From assembly GCF_009914755.1 (NCBI RefSeq), contig NC_060931.1: a DNA stretch of 64,000 nucleotides; one strand, written 5' to 3'. Positions 20,978-48,922 of this stretch are shown piece after piece (within the stretch, counting starts at the first letter, position 1; each line of letters begins with the position of its first letter). This DNA comes from the human T2T-CHM13v2.0 reference genome, Homo sapiens. The notes below the pieces were generated by a model. It was not told the origin of the DNA. It did not search any database and was given only the letters and a program-made list of their open reading frames with translations. Made by a program: the position numbers and the translations under genes.

Positions 20978-21222
20978 TCAGAGACTGGTTGGGGAAAACA
21001 GATCCATGAGCAAGAGTGGAATTTGGTGTGATACAAATGTGTGCAAAGTGAGCTAGGGGAGTTAGGGTTTGTGGGAGCCTGGGAGTCTTTGTGCCTCAGT
21101 TTTCTCATCTGTAAAATGGGAATGACTTCAGTACTTCATTAAGTTGTTCTGGGGCTTACATGGGTTAATATTAATAATGTTCTTAGGAAAAAGGATAGTA
21201 AACCCTCTGTTCATGAATGTGA

Positions 21223-21666
<444 letters not shown>

Positions 21667-21841
21667 TAGAGACTAAATGTTGAGGACTTCTCAGAGGAGT
21701 CAACATAGGAGGTGGGTTTTGTAGGATGAACAGGAGAGCTTGAGGCAGTGACTGGGGCATTCTGGGCAGACAGACAACTGTGTAAAGGCTTGGAAGTGTC
21801 ATTAGCTATTGCCTGACATATAGTTAGTGGGATTGAGTTCA

Positions 21842-22219
<378 letters not shown>

Positions 22220-22624
22220 TCATAGTCTGGGCTTTGTCACAGTCAGGCTTGTGCCAACTTTGCTGGTCGGGGAGAGGCTGGCAGAGGAAGGATAGTGGAA
22301 GGAGGGAGGCCAGTTAGGAGGTAGTTGATGGATGGAGCAGGGGAGAAGGGAGTGCTCGGAGCTAGCAGGACCTGGCCCCTTGGTGGATCACGGATAGGCA
22401 GAGACAGGCTACAGGCCTGAGCTCCTGGCTGTCTCCAGTGCCTGGGTGACACCAAGGAGCCTGCTGCTTTGCTTCTCAGAACATTGCAAATTTTTTGCAG
22501 CACTTTCTTGGTTTGCAATGGCAGCAAAGCAGAGTTCAAACATCTTGCATTTTTGTGAAATACTTTTATTTTTCCTGCATGGAGTTTTCAACCCCAAATT
22601 TCAGCATCTCCTGGACTTGCACGG

Positions 22625-22690
22625 ATCAGGTGCTCAAGGAAAGTTTGTTGAGTGAATGAATGAACACATGAATGAATGAATGAACAAATA
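22625..22690 (+). mobile_element. L2 3' end
   Basis: GTGCTCAAG...TTGTTGAGTGAATGAATGAA. Confidence 0.65.
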
Positions 22691-23503
22691 CCTTGACCTT
22701 TCTCCTTTGGGACACCGGGGCAGTGCCTCTGCCTCAGTGCACGTTTGCAGTTCTGAGGGATCCTGGAGCGAGGTCCCTTTCTCTGCACAGGCCAGCTCCT
22801 GAAGCTGCTTTTAGGGGAACCATGGAGACTCCAGCTTTAGAGGTCCCGCTTCTCCCTTTGAAGTGTGAGCACATAGAGGAGGGAGACTTTTCCTGAGAAT
22901 CACACAGAATGGCTTTGATGTTAATATCAGTGAGACCTTGTCCTCAAGCTCCAGGATTTTCTGAATCTTCCCTCTCTTCATCTCACTCCCCTCTTCCCCC
23001 AGCTCATCTGTTATTTTAAAATCCATTCCCAGAGAAACAATTCCTATGGCAATAAGAGCACTCCTCCAGGCTTCTCTTGGCTCGAACTCGTGTGACACTT
23101 CATTGCCACTTCCAGAGTGTGTGAGCTGGACCCGGACCAATTCAGCCTGGGGCAGGGGAAAAGAGCAACAATAACTAACTGTTAGAGGATTTTCGGGAAT
23201 GTTAGCACAAAGTGCTCCGGGAATTCTGCAGACGATCCTACGGAAACATACACATGCCGTGCTGTTCTGCCCTCCGAGTTGTCAGGGGTCCCTGGCCTTC
23301 CCAGCCTGGCCTTGTCTCTACCTGCCTCTCAGAAACCAGGGTCTAGAGCTTCTCTTCGGAGTCCTGTAACAGACTACCCTGAAACAAGCTGGACTGAGTC
23401 CAGGTTAATTCTGAAATACTGGAGGAGAGCGGTGTGCGTTCTGGCCCCCTGCATCTCCTTGTTTGCCCCACCCCTAACTACCTCCAGAGTGATCTATGTA
23501 AAG

Positions 23504-23918
23504 CAGGAGTCCCCAACCCTGAGGTCACAGACAAGTACCGGTTCAAGACCAGTTCAAGGAACCGGGCCGCACAGCAGGAGGTGAGTGATAGGCGAAAAAG
23601 CCTGAAGCTTCATCTCTACAGCTGCTGCCCTCGCTCGCATTACTGCCTTAGCTCTGCCTCCTGTCAGACCAGCAGCGGCAGTAGATTTTCATAGGAGCTC
23701 CAGCCCTGTTGTAAACTGCACAGGCGAGGGATCTAGGTTATGCACTTTTATGAGAATCTGATGTCTGATGATCTGTCATTGTCTCCCATCACCCCCAGAT
23801 GGGACCGTCTAGTTGCAGGAAAACAAGCTTAGGGCTCCCACTGATTCTACATGATGGTGAGTAGTAGGATTATTTCATTATGTATTACAATGTCATAATA
23901 ATAGAAATAAAGTGCACA
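23504..23918 (+). mobile_element. MER1A (hAT-Charlie DNA transposon), right end missing
   Basis: CAGGAGTCCCCAACCC terminus; GGAACCGGGCCGCACAGCAGGAGG; CCCATCACCCCCAGATGGGACCGTCTAGTTGCAGG. Confidence 0.85.
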
Positions 23919-24240
23919 GGCCAGACACGGTGGCTCACGCCTGTAATTCCAACACTTTGGGAGGCCAAGGCGGGCAGATCATCTGAGGTCATGATGGAGT
24001 TTGAGACCGGCCTGGCCAACATGGTGAAACCCTGTCTCCAATAAAAATACAAAAAATTAGCCAGGTGTGTTGGCGGGCACCTGTAATTCCAGCTACTTGG
24101 GAGGCTGAGGCAGGAGAATCGCTTGACCTGTGAAGCGGAGGTTGCAGTGAGCCGAGATCACACCACTGCACTCCAGCCTGGGTGACAGAGTAAGACTCCA
24201 TCTTAAAAAAAAAATTTTTTTTAAATAAATAAAAAAAAAG
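23919..24240 (+). mobile_element. AluS
   Basis: full Alu body. Confidence 0.88.
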
Positions 24241-24249
24241 AGGAAGGCT

Positions 24250-24450
24250 GTGAAGAGTAGGATCTGGAACCAGGCTGCCTGAGTCTGAGTCCAGGTTCTG
24301 TGTGGCCCTGACTAAGTTGCCTGCCCTCTCTATGCCTCAGTCACCTCATCTATAAAATGGGTATGATTAGAGTGTTTCCTTCATAAGGTCATTCTGGGGC
24401 TTATGCAAGTTAATATTAATCAAGCGCTTAGAACAATGTCTAGTATGTGC
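24250..24450 (-). mobile_element. MIR
   Basis: GCCTCAGTCACCTCATCTATAAAATGGG core; strand tentative. Confidence 0.7.
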
Positions 24451-24543
24451 TCTAGGAGGCCATATGAAAGGATAAAGGCTTCTCTCAGATGGTGTAGTGT
24501 GCTGATGGGGACTTGGCAAAGCTTGGGAAGATGATGGATTTCA

Positions 24544-25460
<917 letters not shown>

Positions 25461-25984
25461 TCTCAAAAATATCCTCCCCAAAACAAAACAACAAACATAT
25501 GAGGCCACAGAATCCTTTTCTAGGGTGCCTTTTGCCAGGGTGGTGTCTTTCAGACTGCACACCCTGTGAGATGCTGTTGTGGATGGGGGCTAAATGCTGA
25601 GGACTTCCTAGAGGAGTCTCCATTCAAAGCAGGTCTTGTAGGATGAGCAAAATGTCCTGATAGGTTTCCGGTGCTCTCCCAGAGCTGGTCCTAAGCCTGC
25701 TCACTGGGGTCGTTTCGGACCTTCTCCTGTAGCTGAGCCCACCCTTGCTGCTGCAGGGGAGCCGGAGAAAACAGAAGCTGTAATCCTGATGGTTTTTCCT
25801 TGTCTCTTAGGACCCTGCTCAGGTTTTCAAGACCAGAGTGAGGGGTGTGGGCCTATCTGCACTCCCAGCTGAACCTCAGCCACTTTGGGCGTCAGTGCAG
25901 AGGATCATCCCCAGATGTGATTGAGGAGCAGATGGGAGGGATCGGAGGGTGCTCAGATGCCTGTGGTGAGGACTGAGGCTGAGG

Positions 25985-26872
<888 letters not shown>

Positions 26873-27039
26873 GTGACTTACTTCTGAAGGACCCACAGTT
26901 AAGCCAGCAACTTCCCTTCATTGCTTTAGTCCCTCATCAGTGAACAAAACAAAATAGGTTGGAATCAAATGAGGAAATGTGTTTAGTAGATAGGCTGACT
27001 GATCATTGCTGTTCATTTGAATGAGGGCTCCATCTATCC

Positions 27040-27755
<716 letters not shown>

Positions 27756-28695
27756 ACTTGGGGGCTGGGGACACCAAGACCGGTGGGGGGACAGACATTT
27801 GCTCTGCATGTGTGTAAGCTGTTTGCACTCATGACTGAGTGGTGGTTTGCAGCCTAAATATTATCTGTCTTTGTTTGCAAGAATTTGATCTCCCACCCCC
27901 TTTCTTGTTCTGGAAATGCAAGGACTCTGCGGCATTTGTCCGAGAATCTCCGACAGTTCCCAGCCCCTTGGAGGATGTCCCCTGCTTGGAGTCTTTATGA
28001 TCGGCTCAGACTTTTCTTTTCCCCGGGGAGTTGTCCCTGGATCAGGGTTTGTTGCAGGATGTCTGCGGCTGTGCGGCCCCTGGAGGCGACCAGGCCTGCC
28101 AAACACTCACTGGAGTCTCACTTGGGCTTCCCCAGCCCCCGTAGTTACGAAGCCTTTGAGAGAAGGTAGCAGTTTCCTTCTGATTTGGCTCCGGCTGTCT
28201 GCGCCCCAGCCAGTTGCCTCTGGCTTCTGACATTTTTGTCATTCCTGCTCTTCTGGGAGGGTTTATCTCCCTTCCTGGCCTCCTTTGATTGACTTGGCCA
28301 CACGGCTGATGCTTGGGCTCCAAGAAGTCTTGGCCTGCCCCGGGCACCCATTTCTGCCGTGATGTGATCCTGGCTGGCTGCAGGATTTGCCAGCCTCTTC
28401 CCATCTTTTGTTCTGCGACTGATGACAATTAGACCCTGAAACGCTTCACACAGGGACTCTGAACATGTGTGTCTACCAGGGCAGGAGTGGAGCAGGCAGG
28501 TGAGCCTCTGCATCAGGGGCTCGGAGGGAGCCCCGTCCTGGCTCTGCCTGATGGGAGAAGACCTGGCTGTGCTCCTGGTCTCTCTTGGTGCTCTGCTCAC
28601 CATTGCCTGCCTTTCACCCTCCAGATCCTTCCTGCCTCTCACCCTCCAGATCCTTCCTGCCTCAGGGCCTTTGCACAGATTGTTGCCCCTGCCTT

Positions 28696-29822
<1,127 letters not shown>

Positions 29823-30177
29823 CCCTGATCAGTCTTTGTGACTTTTGGCCTAGGTAACTCCTGCCCAGACTTTAGAGATCAGCTTAAACATCACATCTTC
29901 AGGGACCCTTTACTTGCCCTTCAGGATAATATCAGGTTCCTTTGTTAAAAGCTCTTAGAGCTAGCTCTCTAACTTAGAGGCTTATGACAACAGTGAGTAA
30001 ATTCCATAACTAACGAATTGATAATTCATGAGTGGTTATCTTCCCAGAGATGGCAAATTCTCCCAGGGCAGTGGTCCTGTCTGGTTTTCTTCTGTAGCTC
30101 TAGGTTCTAGGTTGTTCTCTGTCATCCTTGCCTGGATTACAGAGGGTGCTTGGGAAATGACCAACCTCTTTGCAAGC

Positions 30178-31010
30178 TGTGTTAGATTCGTTTTGCTGCT
30201 GTAACAAATTACCACAAATTTAGTGACTTAAAATAATACCAGTTCATTATCTTACAGTTCTTGAGATCAGAAGTCCAAAATAGCTCTCACTGGGCTAAAA
30301 TCAAGGTATTTACAGGGCTGGTCTTTTTGGAGGCTCTGGGAAAGAACCTATTTCCATGCCTTTTCCAGCTTCTAGAATTTATCAGCATTCCTTGACTTGT
30401 ACCTCCTTCCTCTATCTCCAAAGGGCATTACTCCAACCTTTCTTTCTGATACCTCCTTTCTCTCTGACTTTGATCTTCCTGCCTCTCTCTTGTATGGACC
30501 TTTTAGATTAGGTTGGGCTCATCTGGATACCCCCTCAACTTCAGTATGCTTAATTTAATCATCAAGTCCCTTTAACCATGTGTCTTAGTTCCTTTTGTGC
30601 TGCTGGAATAGAAAAGCACAGACTGGATAATTTATAATGTATGAAAATTTATTGGCTCATGGCTCTGGAGGCTGGGAAGTCCAAAAGCCAGGGGCTGGTA
30701 TCTGGCAAAGGCTGTGTCATTTTATGGTGGAAGGGCAAAGAGAGGGAGAGAAAGAGCGAGAGATTAAACTCTAAGCCTCAAGCCCTTTTACAATCCGTAT
30801 AATCTATTCGTGAGGGTGGAGCTTTTATGACCTAAACATCTTCCATTAGGCCCCACCTCCCAACACTGTTGCACTGGGGATTAAGTTTCTAATGTGTGCT
30901 TTGTGGGGGACACATTCAAACCATAGCACTGCATAAGATAACATTTTCTCAGGTTTCAGGGATTAGAAAGAGGACGTCCCTGGGGGAGATATTATTTGGC
31001 CAAACACACA
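30178..31010 (-). mobile_element. MLT1 LTR with nested MST LTR (about 30580-30929)
   Basis: GCTGTAACAAATTACCACAAATTTAGTGACTTAAA (MLT1); GGCCCCACCTCCCAACACTGTTGCACTGGGGATTAAG...CATTCAAACCATAGCA (MST). Confidence 0.8.
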
Positions 31011-31174
31011 AACGGAGATGAAAAGGGAAAGATGTGCCAGATACTGGGGAGCCTTGGAGGGTTGCACTGATCTTAGGCTCCAAAAAGAATTAAGACTGAA
31101 AGTGGCTTTGGCATCAAAAGGCTGTTAAGATTCAGCCTTGAGCTAAGGGTCATTAGAGCATGGATTTTCCATTT

Positions 31175-31490
31175 GTTTTTTAAAATTTTTATTTATATTT
31201 TGTTGCTATTTTGAGATAGGGTCTTGGCCTGTTTCCTGGGCTAGAGTGCAGTTGCATGATTATGGCTTACTGCAGTTTCATACTCCTGGGCTCAAGCAAT
31301 CCTCCTGCCTCAGCCTCTTGAGTGGCTGGGACTGCAGGTGCATGCTACCATATCTGGTCAATTTTTAAATATTTTGTAAAGAAGAGGTCTTGCTATCTTG
31401 TCCAGGCTGGTCTCAAATTCCTGGCCTCAAGCAATTCTGGGTTGGCCTCCCAAAGCACTGGGATTACAGGTATGAGCCATCGTACCTGGC
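31175..31490 (-). mobile_element. AluJ
   Basis: diverged antisense Alu. Confidence 0.82.
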
Positions 31491-34352
<2,862 letters not shown>

Positions 34353-34377
34353 TATATATACACACACACACACACAC

Positions 34378-34409
<32 letters not shown>

Positions 34410-34532
34410 TATATATGTGTATATATATAGTATGTGTGTGTATATACGGTGTGTGTGTATATATATACTCGACACTAAATATGTATATATATATATGTGT
34501 ATATATATGTGTGTATATATATATATATATAT
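34353..34532. repeat. Compound (TA)n/(CA)n/(TG)n microsatellite
   Basis: seen directly. Confidence 0.95.
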
Positions 34533-34534
34533 TT

Positions 34535-35642
<1,108 letters not shown>

Positions 35643-36764
35643 CTGGCTTGCTTTGTTCTCGTTTCACGCACTTCATCTGCAGCTGAACCGCAGGCCCCTG
35701 GGGGTCAGGAGCCCTGTCCCAGAAGGTTATGTCTGTCACGACAGGTAATCCAGCACTGAGCACAGGATGTGAATTAAAACAATCCCTTATTGAATCAACG
35801 GCAGCTGGACCCACTGGGACAGCGCTGTGTTGACTTTTTGGGCTGCAAAGTCCAACTCACGCAGGAGCTCACAAGGCTGGAGTTGGATTCTGACCCGAAG
35901 TGAACCAGGAGTGAACAGGGAGCACGGTGGACCCAGACCCAATGTGAGGGTCCAGGCTGTTGCCTGAGTAAGGAGTTTGGCAGGAAAGCTCAATATTCTG
36001 TACTGGAAGGGGGTGGTAGCATTGCAAGTTGTCTGCCTGCTAGGCCTAGGTCCGGGACAGCTGCTTGTGGGGACAGCTGTCTCAGCGTCGGACAGAGCAT
36101 CTGCCCTAGATTAATCCCAGAACCTGGCCACGCCCCTGGGGAGCAGAGCCGGGGTAGGGTTACCGCACACCAGGAAACGCGCCTGCTTTGCTGACAGCGG
36201 GTGGGTAGCTTGCAGGATGGATGGGCTCTGGGGGCGGCCAGGGGTGCCACTGGGAAAGGCAGACTCACTGCTGGCTGAGCCAAAGCCACCCCCACGGGAT
36301 GCAAGCTGACACTCCCAAGAGCTGCTTTCTTTCCGCTGGACCCGAAACCGGCACGAGATGATCTCCAAGAATTATGAGAAGAGTTGGGAATGGAAACCAA
36401 ATGTTCGTGTCAGGTAGAAAAAGCTGATGGAAGCCCATAGCCCAGCAGGCTCTGGGTGCTTCAGGGTTCAGGCTCCTGTGGTCAGCACAGATGTTTAGGT
36501 GAAAGAAACCCGACACACTGAAAAAAAAAAAAGTTTATTTTTTCCCCCTTGATTATATTTATTATAGAAAACCTGGAAAATCTGGAAAAGTGAAAAATCA
36601 TTTATCATTGTATTTTGCAAACATTTTAAACTTTTTATTATTTATATTGTGGTAAAATAGACCTAACAGACGATTTACTGTCTTTTATTTTCTTCTTTTT
36701 ATTTTTATTTTTTTTTGAGACAGAGTTTTACTCTGTCACCCAGGCTGGAGTGCAGTGTGAAGCA

Positions 36765-38013
<1,249 letters not shown>

Positions 38014-38276
38014 CTTTTTCTTTTCAGCCTTGGACTTAGCGACTGAGTAGCTCCTCTTGTACATTGCCTTTCTGGAACACATAGCAGATCAGGAATATCT
38101 ACCAATTCCTCTGACAAGGACAGGATTTTGGCCGCCATGGGGCTTCCCCTTCTTGGGCTTTTTAGCCTTGAGGTGACCGTTTTTCACCTTGCCACCAGAA
38201 TCAGCCTTCTTGGCTTCAGGTTTCCTCAGTATCCGTCTTAACATTTTCACCCACTGTCTTGCAAGATGGGAAAGAG
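38014..38276 (-). pseudogene. RPL6 (60S ribosomal protein L6) processed pseudogene, 5' fragment
   Basis: minus strand begins with the 5'TOP CTCTTTCCCATCTTGCAAG; translation [68 protein letters not shown] resembles the RPL6 N-terminus; start ATG mutated to ACA (38255-38257), indels near the start, TGA at 38089-38091. Confidence 0.92.
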
Positions 38277-38284
38277 CGGGTTTT

Positions 38285-39292
<1,008 letters not shown>

Positions 39293-39293
39293 G

Positions 39294-39871
39294 GTTTTTT
39301 TTTTTTTTTTTTTTTTTTTTTTGAGACAAAGTCTCATTCTGTCATCCAGGCTAGGGTGCAGTGGCACAATCTCAGCTCGCTGCAACCTGCCTTCTGGGTT
39401 CAAGCGATTCTCCTGCCTCAGCCTCCCGAGTAGCTGGAATTACAGGTGTGTGCCACCTGTAATGGGGTTTCACCGTGTTGGCCAGGCTGGTCTTGAACTC
39501 CTGACCTCAAGCGATCTGCCCGCCTCGGCCTCTCAATGTGCTAGGATTACAGATGTGAGGCACTGAGCCTGGCTTTAGTTTTGTTTTGGTGAGACAGGGT
39601 CTTGCTCTGTTGTTCAGGCTGGAGGGCAGTAGTGCAATCATAGCTCACTGCAGCCTCAAACTCCTGGGCTCAAGCCATCCACCCACCTCTGCCTCCTGAG
39701 TAGCTGGGACTACAGGCATGCACTACCATGCCTGGCTACTTTTTAAATTTTTTGAGAAATGGGATCTTGCTATATTGTCCAGGCTGGTCTCAAACTCTTG
39801 GCCTCAAGTAATCCTCCAGCCTCAGGCTCTCAAAGCATTCAGATTACAGATGTGAGCCACCATGCCTGGCC
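39294..39871 (-). mobile_element. AluS (linker deleted) plus AluJ
   Basis: antisense Alu bodies. Confidence 0.82.
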
Positions 39872-40702
39872 TGGAGCCACTTTTAAAGAAGCCACCAGCT
39901 TTAGGGCATGGAAGTGGATGGAGAAGGGAGATATTTCTAAAAATTTCTTGGAAATATCTGGTGAGGTCTCAGGGATTCCGAGGCTGGGAAGCTCAGTGGG
40001 CTGTGCAACCGGTCCAGGCTGTGTGGGGAGGGGGCCTTGCCTGTGGGCCTCCCGGGGACCTCAGAATTCTTTGCTCCTCTCTCCTCCCACTGTGGCTTTA
40101 GAGATCCTTTCCCTCTCTAGGTCTACTCTTTGGCCTGTGCCCTTTGCCTCTGGCCTGACCTGCTAACCAAAGCCTTCTGTTCTGAGGTCAGCCGCTGCCT
40201 GGCTGTGGTAACAGGAGCCTCAGGGGAACAGAGCAGCGGAAGGAAAGGGGGATGGGGAGGGCCCCAGCCCTTGAAGCTGAGCAGATGGCAAAGAAAAACA
40301 TGGCCTGTTTGCCTCTCTGGGGTGTCCGGTTCTGGGGGCAAGGCAGGAGTTTCTCTGGTCTCAGTTTATTCACACATGACTGTGCGTGGGAGCATATAGG
40401 GGGGTGTGGGTCACCCCCTTTTTGCTGGAAGCATCCGGGCCTGGCCGGGATTCTATTTTTTTTATTTTTTTTAAAAAGTGTTCCTGGGGCCTGATTGTAT
40501 CTGATCTGTGAATTCATCTTGGGCAAGGGCTGTGATATACTCCTGGGCCCGTATCCTAGGACCTAGAGAAGGTCCTATTGGATGACAGCTGGAGCCAGGA
40601 AATTTCAGAAGCAAACTAGAGTCTTCATGTTTCTCATTTAGTCCTTCTAGGTCTTCTCTATGGTTCTCTGGAAGGAGACATTGATCTCTGCATTTGGACC
40701 CT

Positions 40703-41175
40703 ATTTTTATTATTATTTATTTTTGAGACGGAGTCTCACTCTTCTGCCCAGGCTGGAGTGCAGTGGCACGATCTCAGCTCACTGCAACCTCCACCTCCCA
40801 GGTTCAAAGAGATTCTCCTGCCTCCCGAGTAGCTGGGACTACAGGCGTGTGCCACCACGCCCGGCTAATTTTTCTATTTTTAGTAGAGACGGGGTATCAC
40901 CATGTCAGTCAGGCTGGTCTCAAACTCCTGACCTCAAATGATCTGCCCACCTCGGTCTTCCAAAGTGCTGGGGTTATAGGCATGAGCCACCATGCCAAGC
41001 CTTTCTTTTCTTTTCTTTTCTTTTCTTTTCTTTTCTTTTCTTTTCTTTTTTTTCTGTAGAGATGTGGTCTTGCTATGTTGCTCAGGCTGATCTTGAATTC
41101 CTGGTCTCAAGTGATCCTCCCGCCTCAGCTTCCTAAAGTGCTGGGATTACAGGCATGAGCCACAGCACCTGGCCT
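40703..41175 (-). mobile_element. AluS, (TTTTC)n tract and FLAM
   Basis: seen directly. Confidence 0.85.
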
Positions 41176-41424
41176 GGAAGTGCATTCTCAGAGTCCAGCA
41201 GGGCAGTGTGTGTTCTTCGAGGCAGGGAAGTGTATGGGCCTGAGACATCAGTGGATGCAAATGGCTAAGGAAAGAGGTCATTCTGGCAGAGGAGGGAGAA
41301 GTTGCTAGAGATTTCACTGCAGAGGTGTGACGGGGCTGGGCCGTGAGGGTGGCGGGTGCACAGGCAGGAGGGTTACTCCAGGTTGCAGGAAAACAGCAGG
41401 AGTGAAGGTACATGAGGGCCATGA

Positions 41425-41858
<434 letters not shown>

Positions 41859-42051
41859 AAAAACCAGGCTTTTTGGTGATGGCTGGGAACCCAGAAAGGG
41901 TGACAGTCATTTGTGATCCAATTCCTAGTTGTCTGAAATGTGCCTCCCTCCACCGCATGGCCTCACCACTGATAGCTTGGTCACCTATCAGCTGTGTGGT
42001 CTGGGCTTGCCACGGGTGGGACGCAGGAGAGTGGCCCTCAAAGATAGGTAA

Positions 42052-42333
<282 letters not shown>

Positions 42334-42353
42334 TAATTTTAGTACAGACAGGG

Positions 42354-43233
<880 letters not shown>

Positions 43234-43564
43234 TGGGAACCAATGCTTATTGAGCACCTACTGTGTACTAGGCTTAGAGCTAGGACCAGTGGACCTTGTA
43301 AGAGGGTAGCAAGAGGGCCAGAGTGAGTAGTAGGAGATGTTACCATGGAAACCAGAGGTTGGAGTGATGTCAAAAAGAAGCCTCCAGCCAAGGGACAGGG
43401 GGATCTCTAGAAGCCAGGAAAGGCAAGAAATAGATTCTCCCACGGAGACTCTGGAGGAAACTCACCTGCTGTCACCTTGGACGTCTCATTTCTAGAATGA
43501 TAAGATTATAAACGTGTGCTGTTTTAAGTCACTCAGTTGGTGGTAATTTGTTATAGCACAAGGG

Positions 43565-44381
<817 letters not shown>

Positions 44382-45062
44382 TGAGATCTCTTCTGAAAGG
44401 GAGAAAACCTTATCCTGAGGAATTCTAACCGAAAGCCTGGAGAACCCACCACAGACTGATTAAAAGAAATCTTTCTCGTAGGAAAACTGCAAGTCCTGAG
44501 TCTCCAGCTTTTTCATGTGTGACCCTTGGGTGGCCCACTTCAGAGCATTCTGCAGCTTGTGATGGGTTTAATTTTCTGTTTTGATCCCACGGTGAAACCA
44601 CAAATGAGTAGAAGTGCCTTAGGCAGGCCCTCCGCCCTGGTAGCCCCACTCTTGGGATGAGGCTAGGTGGGAACTGGCCGTCTGCAGGGGTTCCTGGGAA
44701 AAAAGCTCTTTAATCAGCGGGGCTGGAGGGAAAATGGCTCTGCAGGAATGAATTGAGAACTTGAAACGGCATCTTTCCCTCTGGTTGCCAGGGGAGAGTT
44801 GCAATTCTTTTGCGGTGATTTTGTGACTTTCTTGTGGTCAACCCCCTGGTGCCTGTCGGACTTGAGCACAGCAGCCAGATGAGAGGGGAAAAATAGGGGG
44901 AAGGTGGCTCCTTCCACCTGAGGGACATCTGCCTTTAATCACCGCTGAAAACAAAGCAGGCCAAGGAATTGCCTGCGACCCGCTGAGGGCAGCTCAGGTA
45001 TCTCTGGAGGCTGCAGCCTTGGGGTTGTCGAGGGTCTCAGCCTTGGGGTCTTTGTGCACTTA

Positions 45063-46042
<980 letters not shown>

Positions 46043-46499
46043 TGAATGTGTGGAAGAACTGGGGCTCCACATCTTGTGGCTGTGGGGTGCTCCTTCAGCA
46101 GCCCAGGCCTGGGGTGACGCTGGGTAGATGGGGCTGTAAGATGCAGAGGTGGGGGAATGAGGAGCAAAGACAGGCTCCAAAGCATGGGATGGAGAGACAT
46201 GGCCAAAGGTGAGGCTTTGGGAACAAAGGGAGGGGCTAGAGTCCCTGTGCAATGGGTGAAGTTGACCTCCCTGTCCCTCCCCGGCAGAACCAGACACCAC
46301 CTTCTAAGGGCTCCTGTGCACTGCAGGTCCTTGCCTGTTCTTGTCACCTGTGTCATGTTTCTGTGATTCTTTGTGTTGTCTGTGTCTTCTCATTAGATTG
46401 CAGGTCTCCTTTTCAGCTGTCTCAGGCCAGTAAGTGTCTCAGGATCTGGTGCTTAGAAAGGGCTTCACAAATGTTCATTGAACAGAGGACTTAGAATTG

Positions 46500-46995
46500 C
46501 TTTCTTTTCCTTCCTTCCTTCCTTCCTTCTTCTTCATCTTCTTTCTTTTTTTTTATCTTTCTTTTTTCTCTTCTTTCTTTTCTCTTTCTTTACTTCTTTT
46601 CTCCTTCCTCCTTTCTTTGCTCTCCTTCCTTCCTTCCTTCTCCTTTCCTTCTCCTTCTCCTTCCCTTCCCTTCCCTTCCTTCTCTCCTCCCCCCCCCTCC
46701 TTTTTTTTTTTGAGACAGGGTCTCCCTCTGTCACCCAGGGTGATGTGCAATGGTGGGGTCATAGCTCAGTGCAGCCTCAACCTCCTGGGCTCAAGTGATC
46801 TTCCTGCCTTAGCCTCCCGAGTAGCTGGGACTACAGGCACACACCACCGTGCCTGGATAATTTTTTGTTGTTTGCAGAGACAAGGCATCTTGCTAGGTTG
46901 CCCAGGCTGGTCTCGAACTCCTGGCTTCAAGCAGTCTTCCCACCTCAGCCCCCCAAGGTGCTGGGATTACAGGTGTGAGCCACCATGCCTGGTCT
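46500..46995 (-). mobile_element. CT-rich low-complexity tract (46500-46710) as the expanded tail of an AluJ
   Basis: polypyrimidine run contiguous with the Alu poly-T. Confidence 0.82.
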
Positions 46996-47380
46996 AAAGT
47001 GTATAATCTCAACTATACAGCTTGATGAGTTTCTACTTATGTGTATGCTCATGTAAACCACCATTCAGGCCCAGAGGGAGAACATTTCCAGCACCCAGAG
47101 GGCTCTGGTGTGCCCAGGTAGGCCCCCTAGAGGTAACCATGGTTCTGATTTCATCACCATAGAATAGCTTTGCCTGTCCTTGAATGTCATATAAACAGAA
47201 TCATTCAGCATGAACTCTATTGGGTGTGACTTCTTTTGCTCTGCATCATCTCTGTGTGATTCATTTAGATTGTTGAAGTGGCTTGTGCTTTTTCAGTGCT
47301 GTGTACTATTCCACTGCAGGAATCCCATGCTGCTTCCATTCTCCTTTCGTGGACATTCTGGATTGTTTTTCACTGTATCT
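46996..47380 (-). mobile_element. Old L1 (L1ME-like) 3' fragment
   Basis: CATGTAAACCACC...GAACATTTCCAGCACCCAGA...TTTGCCTGTCCTTGAA. Confidence 0.7.
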
Positions 47381-48180
47381 ATTTTACAATCTATTGGAGA
47401 ATATGAGCTGGAGCTTGTCAGCTTGAACTTGTCATTTTCCAATGAGGAGACCTGGAGATTAGGGGTCACTTAGCCAATGTCACCTGGGAAGTCACAGGCT
47501 GAGCTGGGATAAGACCCCAGTTTCTTGACACACAGCTCTGTGATTCCCTCTCCCTCCGCCCATAAAGGGCAGAAATACGAACTCCTGAGCTTTCTCGGCA
47601 ACCAAGTCCTCTTATTGGGCTTATGGACATGTCCGCTTATGGACGGAATCCTGACTTTCCCTCGCCCCAAGTCAGCAGGTCACAGAGAACCCAAGCAGCC
47701 TCTAAGATGTCATAGGTCTCCCTCCTGACCTGCAATAATGGCAAGAATCAATGTGTCAGCGGCTGCTTTTCGTCGTGTGCTTCCGTGAGCCAGACTTTGC
47801 ACCAAGGGCAAATGTGTTATTCACCCTCTCAGCCCTGCTTCCTTGTCTGTACCTCGGGAAGCAATTCAGTCCCCTCCCCAGTTATCACTCCCCAAAGCAG
47901 CGCGTAGAGTTCTCAGAGGGCCGCTGCAGAGGAGGGGGTCGACTTTGCTGAGTCGAAGCCCTTCATCATAAGGGCATTATCAGGCGGCAGTCTGATTAGA
48001 ATCACAAATGCCTGGCTAGGGTAGATATGGGAGGAGGGGCTGATTCTGTGCTGGGAAGGTGGGAGTGGTGCGGGATGCTTACCCAGGTGTGGAGTGAGCC
48101 CCTGGGTGGGCTGCACAGGGGGATGGACAGAGCTTTAAAATACTCAGTGTGGGTCAGAATTGCCCATCAAGATGAGAGAC

Positions 48181-48922
<742 letters not shown>

